Of a stretch of DNA of 64,000 bases, positions 1-12,400 are shown piece by piece. The notes below the pieces were generated by a model, which saw only the letters and a list, made by a program, of their open reading frames with translations, was not told the DNA's origin and ran no database searches. Source of the DNA: Macrostomum lignano (Eukaryota); assembly GCA_002269645.1 (NCBI GenBank), contig NIVC01000606.1:248001-312000 (forward strand), given 5' to 3'. Position 1 is the first letter of the stretch. Every line of letters begins with the position of its first letter. The position numbers were made by a program, and so were the translations under genes.

Positions 1-419
1 CACTGGATCGAGAATTTATTGAATCAGTTTTGTGTCGTGTCCATGTACCTCGTGTTGGTGATTTTTATCTTGTTGAACATAGCCCAACATCCAAGTTTCA
101 TCGAGCGCAGCTTATCAGTTTGGATCCTAAGAACAGTGACTGTCAGGTACTCTTTGTTGATTTCGGTGTTACACTGTCAGTAAGCTCCGATTCTTTATTT
201 GCTATTCCAAATCAGCTAGCTAGTATTCCGCCACAGGCCTTCGCTTGTTGCCTTCTTGAACCGATGTCCGAGTCAGTTGAGAAGAAGGTTGCTGCTGAAC
301 TCAAAACCAATAATCCGTGTTACGCTGTTTTCACATCCAGTTATAAGCCCGGAGGCGTCATTCGGATTGTCCAGAAGATTATTACACCTCATTTAGATAG
401 CGATATTTCTGCTATCTAA
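1..419 (+). CDS. 3' terminal part of a Tudor-domain protein gene (5' end lies outside the window)
   Basis: The frame is open from position 3 to TAA at 417-419. Translation PRVGDFYLVEHSPTSKFHRAQLISLDPKNSDCQVLFVDFGVTLSVSSDSLFAIPNQLASIPPQAFACCL matches the extended-Tudor pattern (G-x-x-x-aromatic, HRA, V-x-FVDFG, L-x-x-LP-x-QA-x-x-C-x-L). Confidence 0.8.
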   Translation, partial: LDREFIESVLCRVHVPRVGDFYLVEHSPTSKFHRAQLISLDPKNSDCQVLFVDFGVTLSVSSDSLFAIPNQLASIPPQAFACCLLEPMSESVEKKVAAELKTNNPCYAVFTSSYKPGGVIRIVQKIITPHLDSDISAI

Positions 420-2239
420 ACTTTCGTAGCATCTGCGTCCTTAACACCAAGCGTGAAATTTACAATACGGCTGTTTGTTTATTGTTTAAGTTATTATCGA
501 CTAAAAACCTGCATTTCTCATTCATCTTTGATGTCAATCAAGTCTGTCATCGTGTTTGTCAGACGAAATAATAAGCGAGTGGTTTTTATTAAAGGCTCTG
601 AAAGCTTCTACAGTGACTAGACAGAAAAATGTTTCTTCTGAAATCCAACCTTCCCTGATAATGTGCGGAATTTTTCGACTTTCTTCTGAATTACGAAAGT
701 TTGGTCTGCTGGGAATAGCGGCAAAGAACCATTATTGACAAAATGTAAAAAAATGTTAAATTTCATGCATCGATTTGTGTAAAATAAAATAAATGTTCAG
801 TCATGCACTCGTATGTATGTATTGAAGACTGCAGCTTAGTATTATACTGTAAGTATTTAAAATGTTAATTTTAACTAAATTCATGACTTAATGTCACATT
901 TGTGTACATTTTCTTGTTTTTATTTCTCTATGTATGTTCGGATGTATGTCTCTTCTCTATGTATCTACTATATGGTTATTGTTACATTAAGTTTTCAACG
1001 TTGTGAAAGTGGCTGCTATTTGAGTTTTCGATGTGAAATTTCGACCTTGTAAAAGCACTCCCCCCTGATGGCACAGAAAAAATAATAGTGCACAGAACAT
1101 TCACAACCCATAATTGCAGGCTGGCAAGCCATCGCTCCCTAAAAATAAACGGCCACTGTTCGCCATCATATCTGCCAAAACTAGGGTCCCGTCTGGCGTC
1201 TATGCTATAATAAGGGGGTTGTGCAGTTTTGCTTTGCAACTTGGCTGAGCGACCGAATTCTTGTTTAAATCCACAATTTGGCTGGTAGAGGGTTGTGAAA
1301 TGTATAAATAATGGGATCTAAACGCTATGATATCAAAAAGCTGTCTGCGACAGTTAGACAATGGAAAACGCCCGCAATGATTGATTGTTTTATATCGCAT
1401 GTTTTGTTGTTTTGTTTCGTTTGCTGCCTTTCAATAATAATATAGTTTAAATTCATCAGTTTACCAATGCTATTCTGGTTTTTGTTCCTTTATTATTTCT
1501 ATGCTCGAATCGCTTTAGTAGCTCAGGCAATACCATATCTAAATAAATTTCACAATTCTTTAACAGGTACAGGTAGGGCTGGTAGGCACTTTATGATAGG
1601 ATAGGAAACAATTTAAATCATTTTTTAGGTTTTTGATAGAAGAGATTAAACTAAGGCTTCTCTTATCAGAAGTAAGAAATAGTGTAAAAAATGCTGTTAT
1701 TATCAAAACGCTTTGATCGGATAAACCTCTTTATTAAGACTTACTAAGCAATGGGGATTGGGGGGAGGCAATGCAGATTGCAGACAAAATGACTAAATCA
1801 ATTGCGCTGCAGGAAAAAAGCATTGCGGGCAAACCTCCGCACGAAAAAACTCGGCAGGCAATTTGTCTGCTGGCGATTATCGTGCTCCCTTGTAGGACAA
1901 AATCGGCTGTGTGACTATGCTAGGCTTGAGCTGTGTGTACATGGCTAGCGTTGGGCTGGAGGGGTGGGTTAAAGTATCGATCGCCTCCACAATTCCTTTC
2001 CCCAAGCCTAGTTCCAACCCACCCCCCACTCACTCCAAGCCTCCAGGGCCGACCTCAAACTGTGTGGGGCAGTAAAGTCGGGAAGGCTTGTAAAGATAAG
2101 TTAAAATCAAATTCGCGCTAGAGGCATTAAAGATAACTTTAATGCGATACCATACGATACCACTAATGATAAACTCGATTTGTTTTTAACTTCAGATTCA
2201 GATTTCTCCAAAAGAGGACTATTTTAAACCACAAACAAA

Positions 2240-5200
2240 ATGGCTGCTTCTGATCCGTCGCCGAATCTATTCATTGTGTTTCGCAGTGCCGATACCGTTT
2301 CTGAGGATGATGTTCGAGCCTTTTTAGAATCTTTTGACGCACCCGAAACGCTTAGCGTTCCTAGGCGTAAGGAAGGCGAAAGTCGACTCTGGTAAGTGGA
2401 TCAAACAAATTTATCATTTGCGTGCTAAATAAACAAGCACCAAAAAGTACATATCTAATAAAATATTAAAATCAGAATCAGGCAGTGATCAGCTGAAATC
2501 AATGGGGGGGCGGCAGAATCAGGCAGTGGCCAGCTGAAACCAATGGGGGCGGCAGAATCAGGCAGTGGCCAGCAGAAGTCTATGGTGAGGGTGGGGGGGG
2601 GGCGGCAGAATCAGGCAGTGGCCAGAAGAAATCAATGGTGAGGGTGGGGGGGCGGCAGAATCAGGCAGTGGCCAGCTGAAATCAATGGTGAGGGTGGGGG
2701 GGGCGGCAGAATCAGGCAGTGGCCAGCAGAAGTCTATGGTGAGGGTGGGGGGGCGGCAGAATCAGGCAGTGGCCAGAAGAAATCAATGGTGAGGGTGGGG
2801 GGGCGGCAGAATCAGGCAGTGGCCAGCTGAAATCAATGGTGAGGGTGGGGGGGGCGGCAGAATCAGGCAGTGGCCAGCTGAAATCAATGGGGAGGGTGGG
2901 GGGGGCGGCAGAATCAGGCAGTGGCCAGCTGAAATCAATGGTGAGGGTGGGGGGGGGCGGCAGAATCAGGCAGTGGCCAGCTGAAATCAATGGTGAGGGT
3001 GGGGGGGCGGCAGAATCAGGCAGTGGCCAGCTGAAATCAATGGTGAGGGTGGGGGGGCGGCAGAATCAGGCAGTGGCCAGCTGAAATCAATGGGGAGGGT
3101 GGGGGGGCAGAATCAGGCATTGAAATGAGATTTTTTATTTCTAGAACTTGTGAAATATTTTTTAGCTTCGCCACATACGAGTCGGAGGCCAAGGCCACGT
3201 CCGTAATGAACGCCATCATCGATTCCGGCGCCAATTTAAAAGGCGAACGCCCGACTGTGCGGTACAACAATGGTCAGAGAGATAACCGGCGCCGAACTGT
3301 CGGCGGTGCTGGCGGTGGAGGCGGCCCCAGCTCAGTGAGTAGTTTTGGGCAGCGCCGCGATGACGCCAGGATGGGATCGCAGAGCTCGCTGAGCAAGTCT
3401 GGCTTTGGTGGATTTGGCAGCGGCGGAGACACTGCTGCCAGGTCGGCTAGCCGTAGCTCTGGCGCTGCTGCTAGCCAGTTCTATGCTAATAAGGACATAG
3501 ATCTTGCCCGTCTGGTTATTAAGTAAGCTTTTTTGTTTGTTTATTAACCCTTTATTAACCCTCTTAGAAAAGAGGGTAGAGGAGAGAGGAGAGAAGAGGG
3601 TACAGGGGAGAGAATAGGGTAGAGAAGAGGGTAGAGGAGAGAGGAGAGAAGAGGGTACAGGGGAGAGAATAGGGTACAGGGGAGAGAATAGGGTAGAGAA
3701 GAGGGTAGAGAGGAGAGAAGAGGGGAGGGGGGAAAGGCGAAAAGAGACACCAAGCTCAAGCAGACTGGATTGCTATTGCAAAGTGTTGAAAGGCCCGAGG
3801 GCCGGATAGAGAGGCTTCGCGGGCCGCATGTGGCCCGCGGACTGGACTTTTCCGACCCCTGCTTTAAGGTTTAAGCCATGGCTTTACCCTAACTCTTCCT
3901 TGATTTACCTTTGGTTTGGCCTACCAACAACTTTTAATTGACCCTTGCCATCAGAAACCTCCCTCTATGAGCCACAGCATTTCAGAAATTTCTATTCTCA
4001 ACTCAATTTATCAATCAACATCCGCGCAGAGTGGAGACTGGCAACGGCGTGCGTCACATCGAATGCCAGCCGGATTGTTTCAATCTGATGAGGCAGTTCA
4101 TGGCGCCGGATGAGGTGGACACCGGAATTCGGGCCTTTGCCATCTCCGCCAATGGTGGCGGGGGCCAGCAGGCGCCAATTCCAATCAGAGCTGAGCAGAC
4201 CGCGCCAGTGTTGACCAATGGCCAGCGGCAGCACAATAACGGCGGTGGCCTTCGAACTTCTTCAAGTCCGCAGCAGCTGATGCCGCCGCCGCCACCGCTT
4301 CGGCAGCCGCAGGCGCCGCCTCAGACTGTCGTCCCAGAGGCCGCGTCAACCGTGCCTAAACCAGTAGCGCGCTTCGAGCCCAGACGCCTGGCACCGGGTG
4401 AACGCCTGCGGGCCCAGCTAATTGAATTCGATTCAGTGAACCAGTTTACAGCTGTTGACATGAAGCTGGGCGAGAAGTACCAACAACAGGTGGAGGTTTT
4501 GATTGATCGGCTCTATAATAATGCCAATGGTCTGGCTGTTAGGGAATCTGCTATCGATCCTAAGGTGGGCGACTGCGTGTGCGCCATGTGGGACTCCGAC
4601 AGCAAATACTATAGGGCCGTGGTGCGCGAGGTGTCCGGCGGCCGGCTCACTGTGTTCTTCTTTGACGAGGCCTCCATCGATGGCGTGCAGGCTGCCAAGG
4701 TGCGGATACGTTAGTTTTTAATAAAAGTTAATACCCTCTGGGGGCCTGGGGAGAGCTGAACACCCTCTGGGGGCCTGGGGAGAGCTGAACACCCTCTGGG
4801 GGCCTGGGGAGAGCTGAACACCCTCTGGGGGCCTGGGGAGAGCTGAACACCCTCTGGGGCCTGGGGAGAGCTGAACACCCTCTGGGGGCCTGGGAGAGCT
4901 GAACACCCTCTGGGGGCCTGGGGAGAGCTGAACACCCTCTGGGGGCCTGAGGAGAGCTGAACACCCTCTGAGGGGGCCTGGGGAGAGCTGAAAACTCTCT
5001 GAAGGGGCCTGGGGAGAGCTGAACACCCTCTGGGGGCCTGGGGAGAGCTGAACACCCTCTGGGGGCCTGGGGAGAGCTGAACACCCTCTGAGGGGGCCTG
5101 GGGAGAGCTGAACACCCTCTGGGGGCCTGGGGAGAGCTGAACACCCTCTGGGGGCCTGGGGAGAGCTGAACACCCTCTGAGGGGCCTGGGGAGAGCTGAA

Positions 5201-7429
5201 ACTCTCTGAAGGGGCCTGGGGAGAGCTGAACACCCTCTGAGGGGGCCTGGGGAGAGCTGAACACCCTCTGGGGGCCTGGGGAGAGCTGAACACCCTCTGG
5301 GGGCCTGGGGAGAGCTGAACACCCTCTGAGGGGGCCTGGGGAGAGCTGAAAACTCTCTGAAGGGGCCTGGGGAGAGCTGAACACCCTCTGAGGGGGCCTG
5401 GGGAGAGCTGAACACCCTCTGAGGGGGCCTGGGGAGAGCTGAACACCCTCTGAGGGGGGCGAGGGAGAGCTGAACACCCTCTGAGGGGGGCGAGGGAGAG
5501 TTGAACAGTCACCCTCAGATGCCTCAATGATAGGCAGGAATGTGGATGCTTTGATTTATAGTCGCGAGTCGCATTCCCATTTTCCCTATCAGGTTCGCAA
5601 AATTGCTCCCGAGCTGATTAGCCTGCCCAACCTGGCCCTGCTATGCCGTCTTGACGGTGTGCAAGATTCCGAGTTTAACCGCCTGCGTAACAAACTAGCT
5701 GCTGCCGGCTTTATCGTAGACTTAGAGATTGTACAATGCAACGGATTCGAGTGCTCAGTTCGAATGTATCTGGGCGGCGAGTGTCTTAACAATGCCCCGG
5801 CTGCTGCCGCGCCCGCTTCTCAAGCAGCTTCGTCGCTGCCTGTTCGCAGCGTCGAGCCCAACCGCGAGTACCCAGTGGTGGCTATTGAAGCCGCTTCGCC
5901 CGCCGAGCTGGGCCTCATGCTGATTGAACACGAGACCGACTACCAGGCTGTGGCCGCTCTGCTTGCTCAAATCAATGCCAACAATGGCGCAAATCTGGAG
6001 CCTCTGCCCGCTATACCGCCAGTTGGCTCAGCCTGTCTGGCCAGGTGGGCCCAAGATAATAATTTCTATCGGGCCAGAGTTATCCAACTAGTCGGAGACA
6101 ACAGGTGCCGGCTGTTTTTCCTCGACGATGGCAACACCGACATGGCCGACTTAGAACAGCTCAAACAACTGCCGGCCGAGTTGACAGCAGAGCCGCCTGT
6201 GGCGCTGCGCTGTCGCGCCGTCAACGCGTCCGATGCCCGCCTGACCAAGCCGATCCCGACCAACTGCGAGATGCTGGCCGTCTTTGCCGCCGGGGGCGCC
6301 GGCGATGCCGAAGTTTGTTTCGACGCTTCACTTGTTGGCCTTCAATTTGCGGCCGATAAGAGTGACGCGTTAATAGTGTCTGTTCCGGCTGCTTCGTCAG
6401 CTTTACCCGCTGCTCCTGCAGCTGCCGTCCCGGCGTTCTTGGCTTCTGTTAACAATATTGATCAGGGCGACGATTCGCGCGAAGTTCGCATCGTGCATAT
6501 GGACTCACCGATAGATTTCCTGGTGCAGCGCACCGATATGTAAGCGCTCTAAACCATGAGTTTCATTGTATCTTTTCTATTCCCTTTCCCTCCGCTTCTC
6601 GCTTCCCCATCTCCCCATCCGCTTCTCCCTTTTCCCATCTCCCCATCAACTTTTCCCTTTCCCCATCTCCCCATCCACTTCTCCCTTTTCCCATTTCCCC
6701 ATCAACTTTTCCCTTTCCCCATCTCCCCATCCACTTCTCCCTTTTCCTATCTCCCCATCAACTTCTCCCTTTCCCCATCTCCCCATCCACTTCTCCCTTT
6801 TCCATCTCCCCATCCACTTCTCCCTTTTCCCATCTCCCCATGCACTTCTCCCTTTTCCCATCTCCCCATACACTTCTCCCTTTTCCTATCTCCCCATCCA
6901 CTTCTCCCTTTTCCCATCTCCCCATACACTTCTCCCTTTTCCTATCTCCCCATCCACTTCTCCCTTTTCCCATCTCTCCATGCACTTCTCCCTTTTCCCA
7001 TCTCCCCATGCACTTTCTCCCTTTTCCCATCTCCCCATACACTTCTCCCTTTTCCTATCTCCCCATCCACTTCTCCCTTTTCCCATCTCTCCATGCACTT
7101 CTCCCTTTCCCATCTCCCCATACACTTCTCCCTTTTCCTATCTCCCCATCCACTTCTCCCTTTTCCCATCTCCTCATGCACTTCTCCCTTTTCCCATCTC
7201 CCCATGTACTTCTCCCTTTTCCTATCTTCCCATCCACTTCTCCCTTTTCCTATCTTCCCATCCACTTCTCCCTTTTCCCATCTCCCCATCCACTTCTCCC
7301 TTTCCCATCTCCCCATGCACTTCTCCCTTTTCCCATCTCCCCATCCACTTCTCCCTTTTCCCATCTCCCCATACACTTCTCCCTTTTCCCATCTCCCCAT
7401 CCGCTTCTCCCCTATCTACCTAGGCACGT

Positions 7430-7478
<49 letters not shown>

Positions 7479-8032
7479 AGTCGTCTGCGATATTGTGGGT
7501 GCAAACAGCATCGATATAATTAACTGACAATTATCTTGCCAACAACAATTTGCGCAGGGACGCCGAGTTTGGACAGTTTGCCGTTGAGCTGGACGCTCAC
7601 TGCAAGCAGGGCGCGAGCCCGTGCCAACCGTCCGACCTGCAGGTCAATAGCCTGGTTGCCGCCCCATTCATGGATGTGTACTATCGGGCCAGGATCACTC
7701 AGCTCCTACCTGACCAGTCTAGTGCCGTAGTCTATTATATAGACTACGGCAATGCCGATTCAGTCAGATTCAACCAGCTATTTAAGCTCGAGCCGGCCCA
7801 CCTGGCCAAGCCAGCCTGGGTTAAGCGGGGCCGGCTTAGCCGCATCGCTCCGGCCGCTAGCAACGGCCAGTGGCCCGACAACATCCAGGTCGACGTGCAG
7901 ACCCAGCTGGGCGGGGACACCGCCGTGCTGCGCTTCGCCCCGCCCGACGCCTGCGACCTGGCCACTGAACAATGCCCGTCTCTGTGCCAGGCTCTCGTCC
8001 GGGCGGGACTAGCCGCTATTGTTATCGAATGA
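2240..8032 (+). CDS. RRM + three extended-Tudor domain protein (TDRD/Vreteno-like, about 866 aa), 5 exons
   Basis: Exons 2240-2391, 3166-3522, 4030-4699, 5593-6539, 7558-8032. All introns are GT-AG, phases 2,2,0,2 join in frame, total 2601 nt. The RRM spans exons 1-2 (NLFIVF...RLCFATYESEAKA...PTVRYN). Tudor cores: KVGDCVCAMWDSDSKYYRAVV..VFFFDEAS, PVGSACLARWAQDNNFYRARV..LFFLDDGN, VNSLVAAPFMDVYYRARI..VYYIDYGN. Confidence 0.85.
2473..3119. repeat. About 50-bp minisatellite, RRM-Tudor intron 1
   Basis: GCGGCAGAATCAGGCAGTGGCCAGCTGAAATCAATGGTGAGGGTG(n), about 12 copies, G-run length variable. Confidence 0.95.
3570..3735. repeat. Purine-rich tandem repeat, RRM-Tudor intron 2
   Basis: GAGGGTAGAGGAGAGGAGAGAA and GGGTACAGGGGAGAGAATA units. 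Confidence 0.85.
3790..3861. mobile_element. Terminal fragment of a hAT-like non-autonomous DNA transposon
   Basis: GCGGGCCGCATGTGGCCCGC palindrome followed by TTTTCCGACCCCTG, resembling the CAGGGGTCGG-type hAT/Charlie terminus as I recall it. No matching other end was seen. Confidence 0.45.
4731..5516. repeat. 29-32-bp minisatellite, RRM-Tudor intron 3
   Basis: GGGGAGAGCTGAACACCCTCTGGGGGCCT unit. Confidence 0.95.
6585..7476. repeat. Pyrimidine-rich minisatellite followed by (GC)n(AG)n, RRM-Tudor intron 4
   Basis: CCCATCTCCCCATCCACTTCTCCCTTTT unit to about 7412; (AG)n at 7441-7476. Confidence 0.95.
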
Positions 8033-8765
8033 TTGAAAGGCCAAACTTGACGTTGCGTTGCTTGCAAACTTTTCGACATTTATAGGGAGCTTTTATTTAT
8101 TTTACTATCGTGTCTATTCTGTTCGATTTTGTTTGTTGTATTTGGCGCCGTGAGCCCAGCTTTGAAGTGAAACAGCAATTTTCTATTACTTACAAAGCAT
8201 TTAAGGAAACATTAACAGGTGCATTGAGCTGATTCCTGGTGTTTATCATATTGTTTGTTGTGCAATTTCTCATTTATTGTCCCTATCTGTAGTTTTGTGA
8301 CCAATTAGCTTTGCCTTGTAACTTTTAATAGCTTTTTAAACGAATTTAATTACGAGCTAGCTATATCACCACGTTTGTGCTTCTCAGCGTTCAGCTAGCT
8401 AATCGCTATAGAAGTCACAGAAAGGTCCGTTTTAGTTTTATTACGCTGTGTTGTGTTTAATTTTTAACCGTTTCTCCTAGTAAAGGTTTTGTTCTCGCGG
8501 CCTATGCCCATATATTATTATTTTCTGTTTAAACGAAATCAATTTCCTGATAAAGAAATTTTTAAAACCGCCGTAATTCGCCGCCCATTGCCGCTCAGTC
8601 ATTTCCATCTTTGTGAAATAATTCAAACAATAAATAATAGCGGCTAAGCTTGTTCGCAGGCTTTTGCTAAAGTCTACCTTTTTTGATAGAACTGTTTTGT
8701 TTGGGCTCGATTTTCTTATTGGCTAAGGACCGCATTAGAACTGGTGCCAGAGTATCCGGGCTCGC

Positions 8766-9229
8766 ACCACAGATACTAGAATAACTAGATAGGTCACTCA
8801 GCACATTTGCGTGTAAGCTACTTTCAGTTCAGTAGTAAGTTAAACAGAAGCATTTTAATTTAAATGTATTTTTAAAGCCTCATTTATTGGCTCTTACCCC
8901 CACCCCCCCAGCTTAAACCCTCCAACCGCGCCATTCCACCCAACCCCTCCCCGCCCGCCCCAATTTTTATTGCCTTTCTCGAAATTCCAGCCTAAAGCTG
9001 CCATGTACATTTCAGTGGACTGGCCAATGTACATTATTGCTGAACCAATTAGCAAGTTGTTTACCGCCTGCAAGCTTGGGCTTCTAAACTTATCAAAGCC
9101 ATTTCAGCTGCCTTTATTTTTATAAAATAGCTTATGTATTCTTCTTTGCTACTGAACTGAAAGTAGAAAGCTGTTTCTTAAAAGTATATGTGCCTGAGTG
9201 GCCCATCTAGTTATTTTAGTATCTGTGGT
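8766..9229. mobile_element. MITE-like foldback element, about 460 bp, with about 70-80 bp imperfect terminal inverted repeats
   Basis: Left arm ACCACAGATACTAGAATAACTAGATAGGTCACTCAG...CTACTTTCAGTTCAGTAG (8766-8836) is the reverse complement of the right arm CTACTGAACTGAAAGTAG...CTGAGTGGCCCATCTAGTTATTTTAGTATCTGTGGT (9149-9229). Confidence 0.75.
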
Positions 9230-9470
9230 TCACACTAATATCCTGTGTGAGTGTGCAGTGTGCCTGTTGTCGACGTCGTAAAGTTTTCCCAGGTGAATCA
9301 TGGAGGAACTTTTCATTTTCCATCGACCTCGAAGTTGGTGCTTGACATTTGGGTACATTTAGTGAAGCAGGGAAGTTTTTAGAAAAATCGCTCACAATTC
9401 CTTTTGGTAATGTTTGATAAACAGCCTTTATATACATATTTTATAATTTGATTTCAGTCCAAGCCGAAAC

Positions 9471-12400
9471 ATGCTTAACTCGTTAAAGAACTACGTTAAC
9501 ACCCAGCTGTCTACTATTAATCCGTACAAAATTGAAGAGGCCAATCCTGCTAACTTTAACAAGTGAGTCAGTCGGGCGTGTTGCCTCCATTGTTATAACT
9601 AATCAGTGGTTACTTCTTTTTATTTTAGTAGTAATTAATGAGAATTGCAATTTACAGGTACCAGGTGCACATTAGCGACAATGCGGGCAGCAAATTGTAC
9701 CGGGTGGCCAATCATTTCGAGATGATATTTACCTATACAAATGCCAAAAATGAGTCTAAGGCATATTCGTGAGTTGTGTTTTTGCTTTTGTCAAACTGCT
9801 TTTAACCTGAAGGCAGAAACAGAAATGTAGAAGATGGGAAGGGAGAGATGCTGGAGGTGGGAAGGGAGAGATGCTGGAGGTGGGAAGGGAGAGATGCTGG
9901 AGGTGGAAGGGAGAGATGCTGGAGGTGAGAAGGGAGATATGCTGGAGGTGGGAAGGGAGAGATGCTGGAGGTGGGAAGGGAGATATGCTGGAGGTGGAAG
10001 GGAGAGATGCTGGAGGTGGGAAGGGAGAGATGCTGGAGGTGGGAAGGGAGAGATGCTGGAGGTGGGAAGGGAGAGATGCTGGAGGTGGGAAGGGAGATAT
10101 GCTGGAGGTGGAAGGGAGAGATGCTGGAGGTGGGAAGGGAGAGATGCTGGAGGTGGGAAGGGAGAGATGCTGGAGGTGGGAAGGGAGAGATGCTGGAGGT
10201 GGGAAGGGAGAGATGCTGGAGGTGGAAGGGAGAGATGCTGGAGGTGGGAAGGGAGAGATGCTGGAGGTGGGAAGGGAGATATGCTGGAGGTGAGAAGGGA
10301 GATATGCTGGAGGTGGAAGGGAGAGATGCTGGAGGTGGGAAGGGAGAGATGCTGGAGGTGGGAAGGGAGAGATGCTGGAGGTGGGAAGGGAGAGATGCTG
10401 GAGGTGGGAAGGGAGAGATGCTGCAGGTGGGAAGGGAGAGATGCAGTAGGCAAGGTGATAGTTCCTCAAAAAGCGTGAAACCAACTCAAACCCAGACTGT
10501 TCCGGCTGGAGAGCATGTCCGACGCCGAGACCCTGTTCGCTCACTATTCCTCTCGACTGCGCGTTCTGGAGCGCGTCGAACGGGCCCTGCTGACGCGCAA
10601 GAAAGACGTGGAATCTGCCTGCGAAGTGCTGCGCCAGAATCCCGGCTACACGGCCTGCCACGTTGCTGTGCACCTCAACTGGATACACATGCTGCGGCAC
10701 CCCGATATGGTTGCCACTGTGAACTCGCCCGACGATGTTAGCCGAATCACTCCATTCATACTGTCCGTTGTCAATGGCAACATGTCCATTGTGCGCGAAT
10801 TTCTAACTATGAGCAACGTTGACCTCACCATAGTGGACTCGAATGGCGATTCCGTGTTTCATCACGCGGCCGGGAAGCCCAGCGAGCTCATGACTGTGAG
10901 CCTGACTGATGACTGACTCACTGACTGACTGACTCACTGACTCACTGACTCACTGACTCACTGACTCACTGACTGACTCACTGACTCACTGACTCACTGA
11001 CTGACTCACTGACTGACCGACTGACTGACTAACTGACTGACTGACTCACTGACCGACTGACTCACTGACTGACTGACTGACTCACTGACTCACTGCACTG
11101 ACTGACTCACTGACTCACTGACTCACTGACTGACTCACTGACTCACTGACTGACTCACTGACTCACTGACTGACTCACTGACTGACCGACTGACTGACTA
11201 ACTGACTGACTGACTCACTGACTCACTGACCAACTGACTCACTGACTGACTGACTCACTGACTCACTGCACTGACTGACTGACTGACTGACTGACTCACT
11301 GACCAACTGACTCACTGACTGACTGATTCACTGACTCACTGCACTGACTGACTGACTGACTCACTCACTGACTGACTGACTGACTGACTCACTGACTCAT
11401 TGACTCACTGCACTGACTGACTGACTCACTGACTGACTGACTGACTGACTGACTGACTCACTGACTGACTCACTGACTGACTGACTGACTGACTTGATAA
11501 GCGTTATCACTGTTACTCTAACTATTCAGCTGCTAATCGGCCGCGACCAGACGATGGTGAATCACGTGAACGACGAGGGAAAAGTGCCGTTGCACCTCAC
11601 CTGTCAGGCTGCTGACGACTTGGGCACCCTGCTGCTGCTGCAGGCCGGCGCCGATCCGGCTGGCGGCGAGGCCACCTGCCCGGCCAAGCCCATCCACCTG
11701 GCCATGCGGAGCTGCTCGCTCAAGTGAGATCTGTTCATTTCTAGCTGCCCGATGTAAAACCAGTCTGTGCTTACCATGCCTTGCCTATGTCAGTCTATGT
11801 CAGCTATGGTAGGCGCTGTATATGATACAGCCTACTGAACAGTAGCGAGCAAGGAATCACGCTCGTAGAAGCTCACACACTGCATACCATAATAACTTTC
11901 TGTTTGATTATATTACACAGACACTAATTAGTAGATGGACCATTTAGCCATTTTTAATTGCTTGGTAAGAAGCGTTTTCTCTACTTTCAGTTTAGTAGCA
12001 AGAAAGCGTGCGTCAGCTATTTTATAATTATAAAATAAAGGTTGTTTAAATGGTTATTAGACGTAAACAATTCTTGCTATTGGTGCAGCTGTACTGTACA
12101 TTAGCCAAGCGCCACTAAAGATGTACATGTACATTGGCCAGCGACACTGAAGATATATATGTACATTAGCCAAGCGCCACTGAAGATGTACATCTACATT
12201 AGCCAGCGCCACTGAAGAGGTACATGTACATTAGCCAGCGCCACTGAAGAGGTACATGTACATTAGCCAGCGCCACTGAAGAGGTACATGTACATTAGCC
12301 AGCGCCACTGAAGAGGTACATGTACATTAGCCAGCGCCACTGAAGAGGTACATGTACATTAGCCAAGCGCCACTAAAGATGTACATGTACATTAGCCAGC

